A DNA stretch of 64,000 bases, taken from an uncultured delta proteobacterium (lineage in GTDB: Bacteria > Desulfobacterota > Binatia > Binatales > Binataceae). The DNA is taken from the NCBI GenBank assembly GCA_963794325.1, contig CAWCDG010000004.1, positions 1,216,001 to 1,280,000 on the forward strand, in the 5' to 3' direction. Of this stretch, positions 39,629 through 48,966 are shown piece after piece; position 1 is the first letter of the stretch; every line of letters begins with the position of its first letter. Under the pieces are notes generated by a model. That model searched no databases, was not told where the DNA came from, and saw nothing but the letters and a program-made list of their open reading frames with translations. A program made the position numbers and the translations under genes.

Positions 39629-40627
39629 ATGATTAAACGAATACTCACTGGGGACCGTCCAACCTCGCCGTTGCATCTCGGCCATTACGTAGGATCCCTG
39701 CAAAACAGGGTACGCTTGCAGGAAGAATACGATACCTACGTACTAATAGCCGACGTTCAGGCGCTGACCGACAACTTCGAGCATCCCGAGAAACTCGAAG
39801 CGAATATCTTCGAGGTCGCGCTCGACTACCTGGCGGTCGGTATCGATCCGGAAAAAACGAAGTTCGTCGTGCAGTCGATGGTCCCGGAGCTGACCGAGTT
39901 GACGATTTATTTTATGAACCTCGTCACGACCGCGACGCTCGAGCGCAATCCTACGCTGAAGGACGAAATCAAGCAGAAGAACTTCAGCAAAAATTTACCG
40001 GTTGGATTTTACACATATCCGATTTCGCAGGCCTCGGACATCACGATTTTCAAGGCTCACCTGGTGCCGGTGGGCGAAGATCAACTGCCGATGATCGAGC
40101 AGGCGCGCGAGATCGTGCGGCGCTTCAATCGTCTGTACGACAAAGTGCTTATCGAGCCGAAGGCGCTGCTTGGCGAAATGGCGCGGCTGCCGGGCACCGA
40201 CGGCGGCGCGAAGATGGGTAAGTCGCTCGGCAATTGCATTTACCTTGGCGATCCGCCCGAGGTGGTGCGCAAGCGCGTGATGTCGATGTACACCGATCCG
40301 ACGCGATTGCATCCGACGGACCCGGGCCATGTCGAAGGCAATCCGGTTTTCACGTACCACGACGTGTTCAATCCGGATAAGGCTGAAGTCGAAGATCTGA
40401 AAGAGCGCTATCGCAAGGGCACGGTCGGCGACGTCGAGGTCAAAGAGAAGCTGTTCAAGGCTCTTAACGCTTTTCTGGAACCGATTCGCGAGCGCCGCGG
40501 GGAATTCGCATCGAAGCCGGAGCGGGTGCGAGAGGTCATCGTCGAGGGCACGCGCAAGGGACGCGCGGTGGCGCAGGAGACGATGGCGGAAGTCCGCGCG
40601 GCGATGAAGATCAGTTACAAGTTTTGA
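39629..40627 (+). CDS. trpS: Tryptophanyl-tRNA synthetase
   Basis: TGDRPT..LHLGH, YP.SQA.DI, VPVGEDQ, KMGKS. Confidence 0.97.
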   Translation: MIKRILTGDRPTSPLHLGHYVGSLQNRVRLQEEYDTYVLIADVQALTDNFEHPEKLEANIFEVALDYLAVGIDPEKTKFVVQSMVPELTELTIYFMNLVTTATLERNPTLKDEIKQKNFSKNLPVGFYTYPISQASDITIFKAHLVPVGEDQLPMIEQAREIVRRFNRLYDKVLIEPKALLGEMARLPGTDGGAKMGKSLGNCIYLGDPPEVVRKRVMSMYTDPTRLHPTDPGHVEGNPVFTYHDVFNPDKAEVEDLKERYRKGTVGDVEVKEKLFKALNAFLEPIRERRGEFASKPERVREVIVEGTRKGRAVAQETMAEVRAAMKISYKF

Positions 40628-40776
40628 GGGAAGAGGAAATCACTTTATTTAATGTGAAACCCGCGGTGGGTTTCACGCTTCCTTCGGCAGGGCTAAGCCC
40701 TGCACTTTAGTACCAATCGCAAAATGGTGCGGACGCCATTTTGCTCCGTGTGTCATTTAGAGCGAAGCGAAGAATC

Positions 40777-40853
40777 CGGCAGTTTATACTTTATGTAACT
40801 TCGGGATCGCTCTTGTAGGTTCGAGGTTAGGTTGCGTAAAGTATATACTCGCG
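40777..40853 (+). repeat. Left MITE-like unit (own ~25-bp TIRs)
   Basis: CGGCAGTTTATACTTTATGTAACTT...AGGTTGCGTAAAGTATATACTCGCG. Confidence 0.8.
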
Positions 40854-40911
40854 AACGAAATCATTAAGGCTCCTGCCTGCTTGGTGGCACCGCGCCCTAG
40901 CGGAACGGACA

Positions 40912-41571
40912 TTACAGCGTTGCGTACTGACGTGGTTCGCTCGATCTTCGGGACTGATAGCGCCAGATCCATGCATCGAAGTCGCGGCGATTCAGCCCCA
41001 GTAAATCTGCCGCCCAAGACACTGCTGCTTGAATGTAATCATACTCGAGGATCCCCACCCCGGCATCTCGCGTAAACGTCCTTATATGTCTATCTACCGC
41101 AATACGATCAATGCCCACTAAGCAGCACATATAGTCGTAGGTCTTCGGCCCGACGCCTGATAGGCTCAGAAGCTGGTCCTTGGACCGCCTGTGCTTAAGC
41201 CACTGGCGAAGGTCGTTGGTGTCTTCCACGGAGTTTGCGCCGAGGAGAGAGGCGAGTCGCGTGAACCGTGAGACCTTTGTCGGGTGCTTCCATAGTAAAA
41301 AATCAGACACTAATCCCCTCTCGATTATCGAATTCACCCCCGAAAGCCTCGCCGCTTGTGGGTAATTTGTCTGTATGCGGGCGATCCGCGGTCTAATCAC
41401 CGTGCGATAATTTAGGCCCGCCTGTAGAACAGCGTCGGCCAACACGGCACCTAAGTGGCTTGCAGTTGGTCGCGGCGGAGTCGGTTTCACAACAATGCCT
41501 AAGCGCTCAGCGTGAGCAGCGACCTTACGGGCGGATGCGAGTACTTCCAGAGGGGCAGCTGACGGTGTCAT
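40912..41571 (-). CDS. HhH-GPD DNA glycosylase/lyase-like protein
   Basis: LLSLSGVGPKT HhH motif with Lys, AVDRH catalytic Asp. Confidence 0.75.
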   Translation of the reverse strand: MTPSAAPLEVLASARKVAAHAERLGIVVKPTPPRPTASHLGAVLADAVLQAGLNYRTVIRPRIARIQTNYPQAARLSGVNSIIERGLVSDFLLWKHPTKVSRFTRLASLLGANSVEDTNDLRQWLKHRRSKDQLLSLSGVGPKTYDYMCCLVGIDRIAVDRHIRTFTRDAGVGILEYDYIQAAVSWAADLLGLNRRDFDAWIWRYQSRRSSEPRQYATL

Positions 41572-42197
41572 ACAGACCGTCTGGTCATGTCAATCGCCAT
41601 GAGGCGTTCTACGCAGTTGGGACAGGCCCCGCAAGGCGTATCGCTCAGCAGTTGACATGAATAGGTTGATCCAATTGGGACCCGTAGGCGTTCGGCCTCC
41701 CTCACCACCTGCGCTTTTGACCAATTGCGGAACGGAATCTGGAACTTGACTGGTCCGACATCGGCAGCCAAGCTGTCGAGCTGGTTCAGAAATGTCGCCG
41801 AACAATCAATCTCTTTCGCGTGGTTACTATTTATGAAGCCACTGTAGACCTCGGTCAGGCCCCGCGTTTGGGCGCAGGAGGCGCCAGCCGAAAAGAACAG
41901 TAGGGTCCGGTATGGAACGTAAAGGTCCTCGTCCTCAACACGCTCACTCCAAAGGTCCGGCTCCCGAATAAGCCTTGAGCGAGAGCCTCTAAATATGCCG
42001 GAAATGTCAATCCTAGTGGGTGATGACAAGCCGCGATCTTTGGGAAGCACCTTCCGAACAGTGGCCCATTCCTTCTCAACGCAGTGTTGACCATAGTCGA
42101 AGAATACGGGTACGACCCCGATCTCACGCTCGCGAAGCCAATAGGCGACTGTGGTCGAATCCAGCCCGCCGGAGCATAGAAGTAGTACCTCAGGCAT
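41568..42197 (-). CDS. QueC-like PP-loop ATPase (7-cyano-7-deazaguanine synthase family)
   Basis: SGGLDS, DYGQ, YVP.R, SC....PCGACPNC Zn site. Confidence 0.9.
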   Translation of the reverse strand: MPEVLLLCSGGLDSTTVAYWLREREIGVVPVFFDYGQHCVEKEWATVRKVLPKDRGLSSPTRIDISGIFRGSRSRLIREPDLWSERVEDEDLYVPYRTLLFFSAGASCAQTRGLTEVYSGFINSNHAKEIDCSATFLNQLDSLAADVGPVKFQIPFRNWSKAQVVREAERLRVPIGSTYSCQLLSDTPCGACPNCVERLMAIDMTRRSV

Positions 42198-43525
42198 TAG
42201 TTCCCTCTCCTTTCGCCAAGCAGATAGAAAACGGCATTGAGGCAGGAGTCCAGGTCGCGAGAATAATGGGCGGAACCCGCCATGACCATGGTGTTAGCAT
42301 TCTCGCCCATAGGGTCGAAAACCACCACCGGGATTCTGGACTGGATGGCCAGGCCGATCTCAACCAGCGTTCCCGGATCACGCGCGCTCGGAACAGCAAA
42401 GACGAGCTGACAATGTATTAGAAGATCGATGTCTGCCTGGTAGGTTCCCTGCAGCGTAGCAGCGTCAGAGCTAGGTGGCAGCTCGCCGTTCTCTACTATT
42501 GGCCGACGGACGCGGAAATTGTGGTATTGCAGTGAAGCCAATACCCGGTCGATGGCCGCTCGCTCGGCTCCAGCGAAATCTGGCGCAGCGAGGTAGATTG
42601 ACAGCTCCTGCCGTCGCTCCCAAGGCAGGGACGCTCCCCAAAGACCTCTCATCTCCTCGAGAGAAAGCTTAAGGTCCCGTTGCACATACGTCTTGAAGAG
42701 ATCGGGGTAGGTTGTCTGCGAATAAGCGGAGCTCGCGTAAGTCGCTCGCCAGCCGGCCTCAGCAATTCCTTTGCCGAGATGGACTACATAGGCCGCTGCA
42801 AATACGTCACCAACGCCTACCGAGTTCTCGGTTGTTCCGAGCTGCGCCGGCAGTGCCTCAACTTCGCCGCTTGAGACAGATACTAACCTGGAGCCGCCTC
42901 GATTTTCTTTCAGAATCACGGTTGAGGGATTGCTGCTCGAAAACGCCCTTACTACACCCATGATCCCGCCCCCTTGGATCGATCTAAATAGTTCGGAAGA
43001 CGTGGAGATAAGAACAGTCTCCACCAATTGCGGCAGGCCAGCGATTTCGACCGGATCCCTGATGTCGTATGCCGCGTCCACATGAACGCGAGCGTTTTGA
43101 GGTAAGAGCGTACTGGCCTCTTTCAAGCTGTAAGTGCCGGGAAATAGCAGGATTTCACTGCCAGCTGTGCTCTCTACCCGCGTTCTCGAAAGTCGGACGG
43201 TCTTCTCGTCCCGCAGCAAGGTTTCGTACCCTTGGTCTGCTACCTCCGTGGGATCAAAGATTACCGTTAGATTGGGGGCTCCCTTGACGATGCCGAGGAT
43301 GTGGAAATCGACGCATCCGAGCGCCTTAAAGTATTTGTTCGCTGAGTCGACCAAGTACTCTGGCAGGATCAGGGCGGCCCTGAAGGGGGCACCAAGAGCC
43401 CAGAACCCACGGGCCGCGTGTGCAACCCCGCCCAATCTTAGCTTGTTTTCCGTCCCGGACGCCGTAACAGTGAAGTCTACAAAGAGTTCGCCGACCAGGA
43501 GCGGGGCGCTTTCCGAGGCGGTCAT
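42197..43525 (-). CDS. PfkB/ribokinase-like domain fused to nucleoside 2-deoxyribosyltransferase domain
   Basis: LKENRGGS, VGVGDVF (PfkB); IYLAAPDF..D.....C..DPGT.VEIG.A..N.M (NDT). Confidence 0.85.
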   Translation of the reverse strand: MTASESAPLLVGELFVDFTVTASGTENKLRLGGVAHAARGFWALGAPFRAALILPEYLVDSANKYFKALGCVDFHILGIVKGAPNLTVIFDPTEVADQGYETLLRDEKTVRLSRTRVESTAGSEILLFPGTYSLKEASTLLPQNARVHVDAAYDIRDPVEIAGLPQLVETVLISTSSELFRSIQGGGIMGVVRAFSSSNPSTVILKENRGGSRLVSVSSGEVEALPAQLGTTENSVGVGDVFAAAYVVHLGKGIAEAGWRATYASSAYSQTTYPDLFKTYVQRDLKLSLEEMRGLWGASLPWERRQELSIYLAAPDFAGAERAAIDRVLASLQYHNFRVRRPIVENGELPPSSDAATLQGTYQADIDLLIHCQLVFAVPSARDPGTLVEIGLAIQSRIPVVVFDPMGENANTMVMAGSAHYSRDLDSCLNAVFYLLGERRGN

Positions 43526-43914
43526 GGGCGATCTGGCACAAAATCAGCCCTCACGGACGCAAGTGGCGGGCCTGCCGTCCTAGCCGTCACACGACCTGGG
43601 TAAGTCCACCCATCTTGTAAGCAGGAAGCTAGATAGTTAAATGCCGTAGGGATGTTTCCTACGCTCTCACCGTTGACGGTCTCAGCTACCAGACGCTTCC
43701 TCAGCCGGATCCGGAGTTGCTCTCCGACTGGAGGCGGTGCACCGTGCGCCGCGTAGTAGTCAGAGTGTTCAATGTCCTCGAGGGACGTGCTCAAAGCCCG
43801 CCCACAACGATCCGATGGCGGGCTGCCGCCGCCCCCCTTGGGTCCGCCACCGCTCTTGTCCGTTTTAGAAGAGCCCGGATAGTCACTGATTCTGCCAGGA
43901 CCGCTGCTACCCAT
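43522..43914 (-). CDS. Small hypothetical protein with MGSSG N-terminus, first gene of the QueC operon
   Basis: GGGGG RBS-like run, ATGA overlap with the next gene, Gly-rich N-terminus then a beta-rich domain. Confidence 0.75.
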   Translation of the reverse strand: MGSSGPGRISDYPGSSKTDKSGGGPKGGGGSPPSDRCGRALSTSLEDIEHSDYYAAHGAPPPVGEQLRIRLRKRLVAETVNGESVGNIPTAFNYLASCLQDGWTYPGRVTARTAGPPLASVRADFVPDRP

Positions 43915-44048
43915 TGAAGTTCCCCCTCTCTAGCTATCCGTTTGCTAACGCTTCCCACCGGTCGCAGAACTCCGAAGGAGCGTAAGGTAAAGACAATATC
44001 AACCCCCGAGCTACACTAGTCCGTTCGGCGCGTCTCGAACAATCAAAT

Positions 44049-44126
44049 CGGGAGCATATACCTTGAGCAACCTAACCTCGAACCAATAAGTCCCGATCCC
44101 GAAGTTGCGTAAAGCATATACTCCCC
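44049..44126 (-). repeat. Right MITE-like unit (inverted copy of 40777-40853)
   Basis: Reverse complement GGGGAGTATATGCTTTACGCAACTTCGGGATCG..GGTTCGAGGTTAGGTTGC..TATATGCTCCCG. Confidence 0.8.
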
Positions 44127-44200
44127 GAAGAATCCCGGATCCTTCTTTGCGTCTCCGGCCGACGCGCGTCTGCGCGCGGCGGGTGAGAGATCAAATTTCG

Positions 44201-45674
44201 CTAGTAGGACTTCGCGAAGATACGCGCGCTCGGTGGCGGGTTCGCCGCAGGCCAGGCATTTGCCGGCGACGCCGTCGTTGGTGAGCGGGATCGCGCGGCA
44301 AGTCGCCTTGGTTTCTTCGCGAATTTTCGTCTCGCACGCTGGATTTCCGCACCAGTAGATGTCGGCGAATCCGCCGCCGCCCTCGCCTTCCATATGCTTA
44401 CGAAAGACCGCGTAGTCGTCGAACTTTCGTGTGTTCGCGACCATCGCGACCTTCGCCTGCGCGTAGAGATTTTTTTGAATCTCGGCGAGCAGCGCGACGA
44501 CGGTCTCCGCGATCGTTGCGAGCGACGCCTTGGTTTTCGATTCCGGTCCCGACTTGTCGCGCCGCGCGAGCACCGCTTCACCTGACGCGACATCGCGCGG
44601 TCCGATCTCGATTCGCACCGGGACGCCGCGCATCTCCCAGTCGTTGAACTTGAAGCCCGGCGTCATGCCCTCGCGCTCGTCGATGCGCGCGCGTATGTTC
44701 GCCTTCATCAGAGCTTCCAACGCGGCACGCGCCGCCGCCAGCACGGTCGCGCCTTCCTCGGGTTTGCGGAAGATCGGCACGATGACCGCCTGCGTTGAGG
44801 CGACGGTCGGCGGTAGGCGCAGTCCCTGGTCGTCGCCGTGCGCCATTACGATTGCGCCGAGCAGGCGGGTCGATACGCCCCAACTCGTCTGCCACACGAA
44901 TTGCATCTGATTCTGATCGTCGAGGTAGCGGATCTCGAACGGCTTCGCGAAATTCTGGCCGAGAAAATGCGAAGTGCCGCATTGCAGCGCGCGCCCGTCG
45001 CCCATCAGCCCTTCAATTGAGTACGTCTCGACGGCACCAGGGAATCGTTCGGCAGCGCTTTTGCGTCCGACGATCAGCGGAATCGCGAGAAAGTCCTCGA
45101 CGAATTGACGGTACACTTCGAGCATCCCGAGCGTTTCGCTTTGCGCTTCCTCGGCCGTCGCGTGCGCGGTATGGCCTTCCTGCCAGAGGAACTCGGTGGT
45201 GCGCAGGAACATGCGGGTGCGCATTTCCCATCGGACGACGTTGCACCATTGATTGACCATCATCGGTAAGTCGCGATGCGATCGAATCCATTGCGCGAAC
45301 ATGTGATTGATGATCGTCTCGGAGGTCGGGCGCACGATTAGCGGCTCTTCGAGCTCCTTGCCGCCGCCGTGGGTGACGACCGCCAGTTCGGGCGCGAAGC
45401 CCTCGACGTGTTGCGCTTCCTTTTCCAGGAAGCTTTGCGGGATGAACAGCGGGAAGTAGGCGTTGCGCGCGCCGGTCTTCTTGATGCGGCGGTCGAGCTC
45501 GTCGCGCAGCGCCTCCCAAATCGCAAAACCGTCGGGGCGAAACACGATGCATCCGCGCACCGGCGAGTAGTCTGCCAGCTCCGCGCGCAGGCAGATGTCG
45601 TTGTACCACGCGGCGAAATCCTCGCTGCGCGGCGTTACCTTCTTTTCGTTCTGCTTATTTGGTTTGTCAGCCAT
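44201..45674 (-). CDS. proS: Prolyl-tRNA synthetase (archaeal/eukaryote type), 1-nt frameshift near 44221
   Basis: HVEGFAPE, RPTSE, FLRTTEFLWQEGH, QTSWG.STR; the normal FAKSY* end lies in another frame ending at 44201. Confidence 0.95.
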
Positions 45675-45755
45675 TCGTCTTGCGTGACGACTTTGATTAT
45701 CGTCAATTGATACAGTCTCCGGATAAAAGCGGCTGGAATCAACTTAGTCCGGAGC

Positions 45756-46499
45756 ATGCCCGAGGTGAAAGTCATGAAGCTGGAAGCCTGTGCAGCGGCC
45801 GTGGGCCTTGCGATCGCGTTTGTTGTACCGATGTTCGCGTCGGCGGTGTCGGCGCAAAGCGGTGAGAATGTTTTCGCCAAGCGGACGATCGAAGTTGACG
45901 GCAATGGCGAGACGCGCACGTCGCCCGACACTGCGGATTTGGATCTTGCGATCGATACGCAAGCGAAAACTGCCGAGGGAGCCGCGGCCCGCAACGCTGC
46001 GCTGGCGACGAAGGTGATCGACGCGCTCAAGGCGAAGCTCGGCGACAAGGGCAAGGTTACCACCGGCGGCTATTCGCTGGATCCACAATACGACCAGCAT
46101 CCGAACGCGAACCCGACGATCGTCGGCTACAACGCGCAGAACTCGGTGACGGTGAATACCAGTGCGCTGGACCTGGTTGGCGCGCTGATCGATTCGGCGA
46201 TTGCGGCGGGCGCGAATCGCGTCAACTCGCTGAACTTCAGCGTCAAGGACGACACTAAGGCGCGCACCGAGGCGATCGCGATTGCGACTCGCGACGCGCG
46301 CGCACAGGCAGAAGCGCTCGCGTCGGCGTTGGACGTGAAGCTCGGCAAGGTCCTCAAGGCGACGACGGTGTCGGAGGCGCGGCCGATTCCGATTCGGATG
46401 GGAAGGGCGATGGCGATGTCGGCGAACGTCGCGACACCGGTCGAACCGGGCGAGGTCACGGTGCCGGCGACGGTTTCTCTGACCTTCGAGATTGAGTAG
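45756..46499 (+). CDS. SIMPL (DUF541) periplasmic protein
   Basis: I.V.G.G....PD.A, GY.A.N, AGAN, A..A..LA. Confidence 0.9.
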   Translation: MPEVKVMKLEACAAAVGLAIAFVVPMFASAVSAQSGENVFAKRTIEVDGNGETRTSPDTADLDLAIDTQAKTAEGAAARNAALATKVIDALKAKLGDKGKVTTGGYSLDPQYDQHPNANPTIVGYNAQNSVTVNTSALDLVGALIDSAIAAGANRVNSLNFSVKDDTKARTEAIAIATRDARAQAEALASALDVKLGKVLKATTVSEARPIPIRMGRAMAMSANVATPVEPGEVTVPATVSLTFEIE

Positions 46500-46510
46500 G
46501 TTTTGCTGCG

Positions 46511-47038
46511 ATGCTGAAGCCCGGCGATCCCGCTCCATCGTTCGATCTCGAATGTGCGCTTGACGGGCGTACTGCGCGCTGTAGTCTCGCTAAAATTGCC
46601 ACTCAGATGGTTCTGCTCTTTTTTTATCCGCGCGATTTTTCGTTCATTTGCCCGACCGAGGTCACCGGTTTCAACCAGGCGCTGAAGGAATTCGCCGCCG
46701 AGGACGCAACAATCGCCGGCGTCAGTATCGACAACGTGGACAGCCATCTTCGATGGGCGCGCGCGCTCGGCGGAATCAGCTACCCGTTGCTCGCCGATCC
46801 CGAGGGCAGTCTCGCGCGGGCTTACGGCGTTTTAGACGACGATGAAAAAGTTGCGTTGCGCGCGACGTTCATCCTCGATCGTAAACGCAACGTTGTGTAT
46901 GCCTCGTCGTGTCCGCTGAATATCGGGCGCAGCGTGAAAGAGACGCTTCGAATCGTGCGCGCGCTCCGCACCGGCCAACTTTGCCCTGCGGATTGGACGC
47001 CGGGCGTCGAGTTCGGTCCAACCGATCGCGACTTTTAG
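46511..47038 (+). CDS. Peroxiredoxin (AhpC-type)
   Basis: FYP.DFSFICPTE, RATFI, GR, CPADW. Confidence 0.92.
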   Translation: MLKPGDPAPSFDLECALDGRTARCSLAKIATQMVLLFFYPRDFSFICPTEVTGFNQALKEFAAEDATIAGVSIDNVDSHLRWARALGGISYPLLADPEGSLARAYGVLDDDEKVALRATFILDRKRNVVYASSCPLNIGRSVKETLRIVRALRTGQLCPADWTPGVEFGPTDRDF

Positions 47039-47045
47039 GGCGAGC

Positions 47046-47771
47046 TTGGCCACAATCGATCCTGCGGACAAAAGGCGGCTCTTCGAGCGCCTCTCGAGCG
47101 TCCGCGAAATCGTGTTCGGAGTGCAGGACGGGGTGCTGACGACCGCGGGCGTGCTGTGCGGGCTCAGCGGCGCAGTCTCACAACACTCGCAGGTCGCGCT
47201 CGCCGCGCTGGCATCCACCGCGGCCGGTGCGCTTTCGATGGGTGCAGGAGCCTACCTGGGCGCGCGTGCGGAAACCGAGGTGTTGCGCGCCGAGCTCGAT
47301 CTGGTTCGCGCCGACGCTGTGGAAAAACCATACACCGTGCAGGAAGGATTGCTCGACGAGCTGTGCAAGGAAGGCCTCAGCCGCGAGACCGCTTTTCGCG
47401 TGGTCCGGTTACTCAGCACTTCGCCGAGGGCGCTCGAATCGACCGCCGAAGCAAAGATGTTCGGACTTGGCGGCTCGTTGCTCAGCACTCCCGCGCTCGA
47501 CGGACTCGTGATGGGAATTGCATTCCTGGTGGGCGCGGTGGTTCCGCTATTGCCGTATATGCTGATTACAATTCAGCGCTACGACCTTGGCGGCGCGCTG
47601 ACCGCGACCGCGCTCACTTTGTTCGGTGTCGGATATTTTGAGGGATGGCTCGCGCATCGGAACGATCGATGGCGATCGGGAATTCGCTTTCTGGCAATCG
47701 CGATGAGCGCGGCCGCGGCCGGCTATCTGATCGGGCTTGCGATCTCGCCACTCGGTGCGACCGCAGGCTAA
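47046..47771 (+). CDS. VIT1/CCC1 iron/manganese transporter family
   Basis: REIVFG.QDG, AGALSMG.G.YL, G..VPLLPY. Confidence 0.9.
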   Translation: MATIDPADKRRLFERLSSVREIVFGVQDGVLTTAGVLCGLSGAVSQHSQVALAALASTAAGALSMGAGAYLGARAETEVLRAELDLVRADAVEKPYTVQEGLLDELCKEGLSRETAFRVVRLLSTSPRALESTAEAKMFGLGGSLLSTPALDGLVMGIAFLVGAVVPLLPYMLITIQRYDLGGALTATALTLFGVGYFEGWLAHRNDRWRSGIRFLAIAMSAAAAGYLIGLAISPLGATAG

Positions 47772-47781
47772 CCTTGTTTGC

Positions 47782-48033
47782 GTGAAAATTCCTGCGTATT
47801 CATCGCTGGCCGCATTTCTGGCTCATTATCGCGCGCTGAAGTCAGACTCTTCTCGCGGCGCTGACGACCAGCAACTATTTGCCGAAATGTCGGCGGTGTC
47901 TTCGACGCTCACGCCTGAGTCGCGTGCCGCGATCGATTCTATCGAGGACAGCGCCAGCGCGAAGCGTCATCGCGATCGCGCCGAAGTCCAGCTACGCCGC
48001 CAACTGGTAGCGCGCGGAATCCTCGCGGGCTGA
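47782..48033 (+). CDS. Small hypothetical protein
   Basis: Fills the gap between co-oriented genes with tight spacing. Confidence 0.5.
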   Translation: MKIPAYSSLAAFLAHYRALKSDSSRGADDQQLFAEMSAVSSTLTPESRAAIDSIEDSASAKRHRDRAEVQLRRQLVARGILAG

Positions 48034-48036
48034 ACG

Positions 48037-48966
48037 ATGCTCGCTTACCTGGTACGACGAATCGTTTTTGGCGCCGCAGTTCTGATTGGAACTTCGATTA
48101 TCACGTTTGCGATAGAGTTCGTGGTGCCCGCCGATCCCGCGGTCACGATGGCCGGGGCGAAGGCCGACCCGCAAACTCTCGCCACGATCCGGACCGAGTT
48201 GGGCCTCGATCAGCCGGTGTACGTCCAGTACGCGCGCTATCTCGATCGCGCGCTTCATGGCGACCTCGGCCGTTCGTATATCCGTCGCGAGAACGTGACG
48301 ACGCTTATCGCCGATCGTTTCCCGGCAACTGCGTTGCTGGCCGGCGCGGCGATGGCGCTCTCACTGATTCTGGGAATCGCGATGGGCGCAATTGCCGCCG
48401 CGTATCGCGGCCGCGCTGCCGACAACGTGCTCCTGGTGATATCGCTGGCTTTCGTGTCGCTCCCGGTGTTCTGGCTGGGCACGATGCTGCTGATTGCGGT
48501 CGCCGCCACAGTCCGATCTTTTCCGCTCGGCGGTTACAGCGGCGCGACCAGCTTGATCCTGCCGACACTGACGCTCGCGCTCGGATCGGCCGGCTACTAT
48601 TCGCGGGTTCTTCACACCAGCCTGTGCGAGGCGTTCGATCAGGATTACGTGCGCACCGCGCGCGGCAAGGGTCTCTCCCGCGCCCGCGTGATTTTGAAGC
48701 ATGCGATGGCGAACGCGCTGCTGCCGCTGATCACACTCGCGGGCCTCGATCTCGCGGGGCTGCTTTCGGGCGTCGTCCTGACCGAGACGGTCTTCAACTG
48801 GCCGGGGATCGGCCGTCTTGCGGCCGACGCGATCTTCAATCTCGACATTCCGGTGATCATGGGCACGGTGCTGTTCTCCGCGTTCCTGATCGTCGTGGTC
48901 AATCTGCTGGTCGATCTGCTTTATGCGTGGATCGATCCACGCATTCGCCTGGCGGAGACCGGATGA
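48037..48966 (+). CDS. Peptide/nickel ABC permease (DppB-like)
   Basis: GLD.P...QY, DLG.S, DYVRTARGKG, ETVF.WPGIG. Confidence 0.95.
   Translation: MLAYLVRRIVFGAAVLIGTSIITFAIEFVVPADPAVTMAGAKADPQTLATIRTELGLDQPVYVQYARYLDRALHGDLGRSYIRRENVTTLIADRFPATALLAGAAMALSLILGIAMGAIAAAYRGRAADNVLLVISLAFVSLPVFWLGTMLLIAVAATVRSFPLGGYSGATSLILPTLTLALGSAGYYSRVLHTSLCEAFDQDYVRTARGKGLSRARVILKHAMANALLPLITLAGLDLAGLLSGVVLTETVFNWPGIGRLAADAIFNLDIPVIMGTVLFSAFLIVVVNLLVDLLYAWIDPRIRLAETG

Larger units (their letters stand above)
40777..44126. mobile_element. Transposase-free composite element bounded by inverted MITE-like units, with target-site duplication
   Basis: 77/78-bp inverted end units; GAAGAATC duplicated at 40769-40776 and 44127-44134; joined flanks restore the repeat seen intact at 32160-32196. 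Confidence 0.85.

Noticed and set aside
40777-40853. Repeat arms (TATACT-TTATGTAACTT) resemble XerD halves of dif/pdif sites
   Set aside because: The XerC-side arms fit poorly, and a flanking direct duplication that restores an interrupted repeat points to DDE-type transposition. Not fully excluded.
41568-42197. Housekeeping queC, or a dpd DNA-modification cluster
   Set aside because: No queD/queE/folE/tgt/dpdA nearby, and the gene is cargo of a mobile element.
44043-44225. Apparent 50-aa C-terminal extension or programmed frameshift of ProS
   Set aside because: The conserved FAKSY* end is one base out of frame with no slippery site in an essential gene, and the extension reads through repeat/MITE DNA. 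Most likely a 1-nt assembly insertion.
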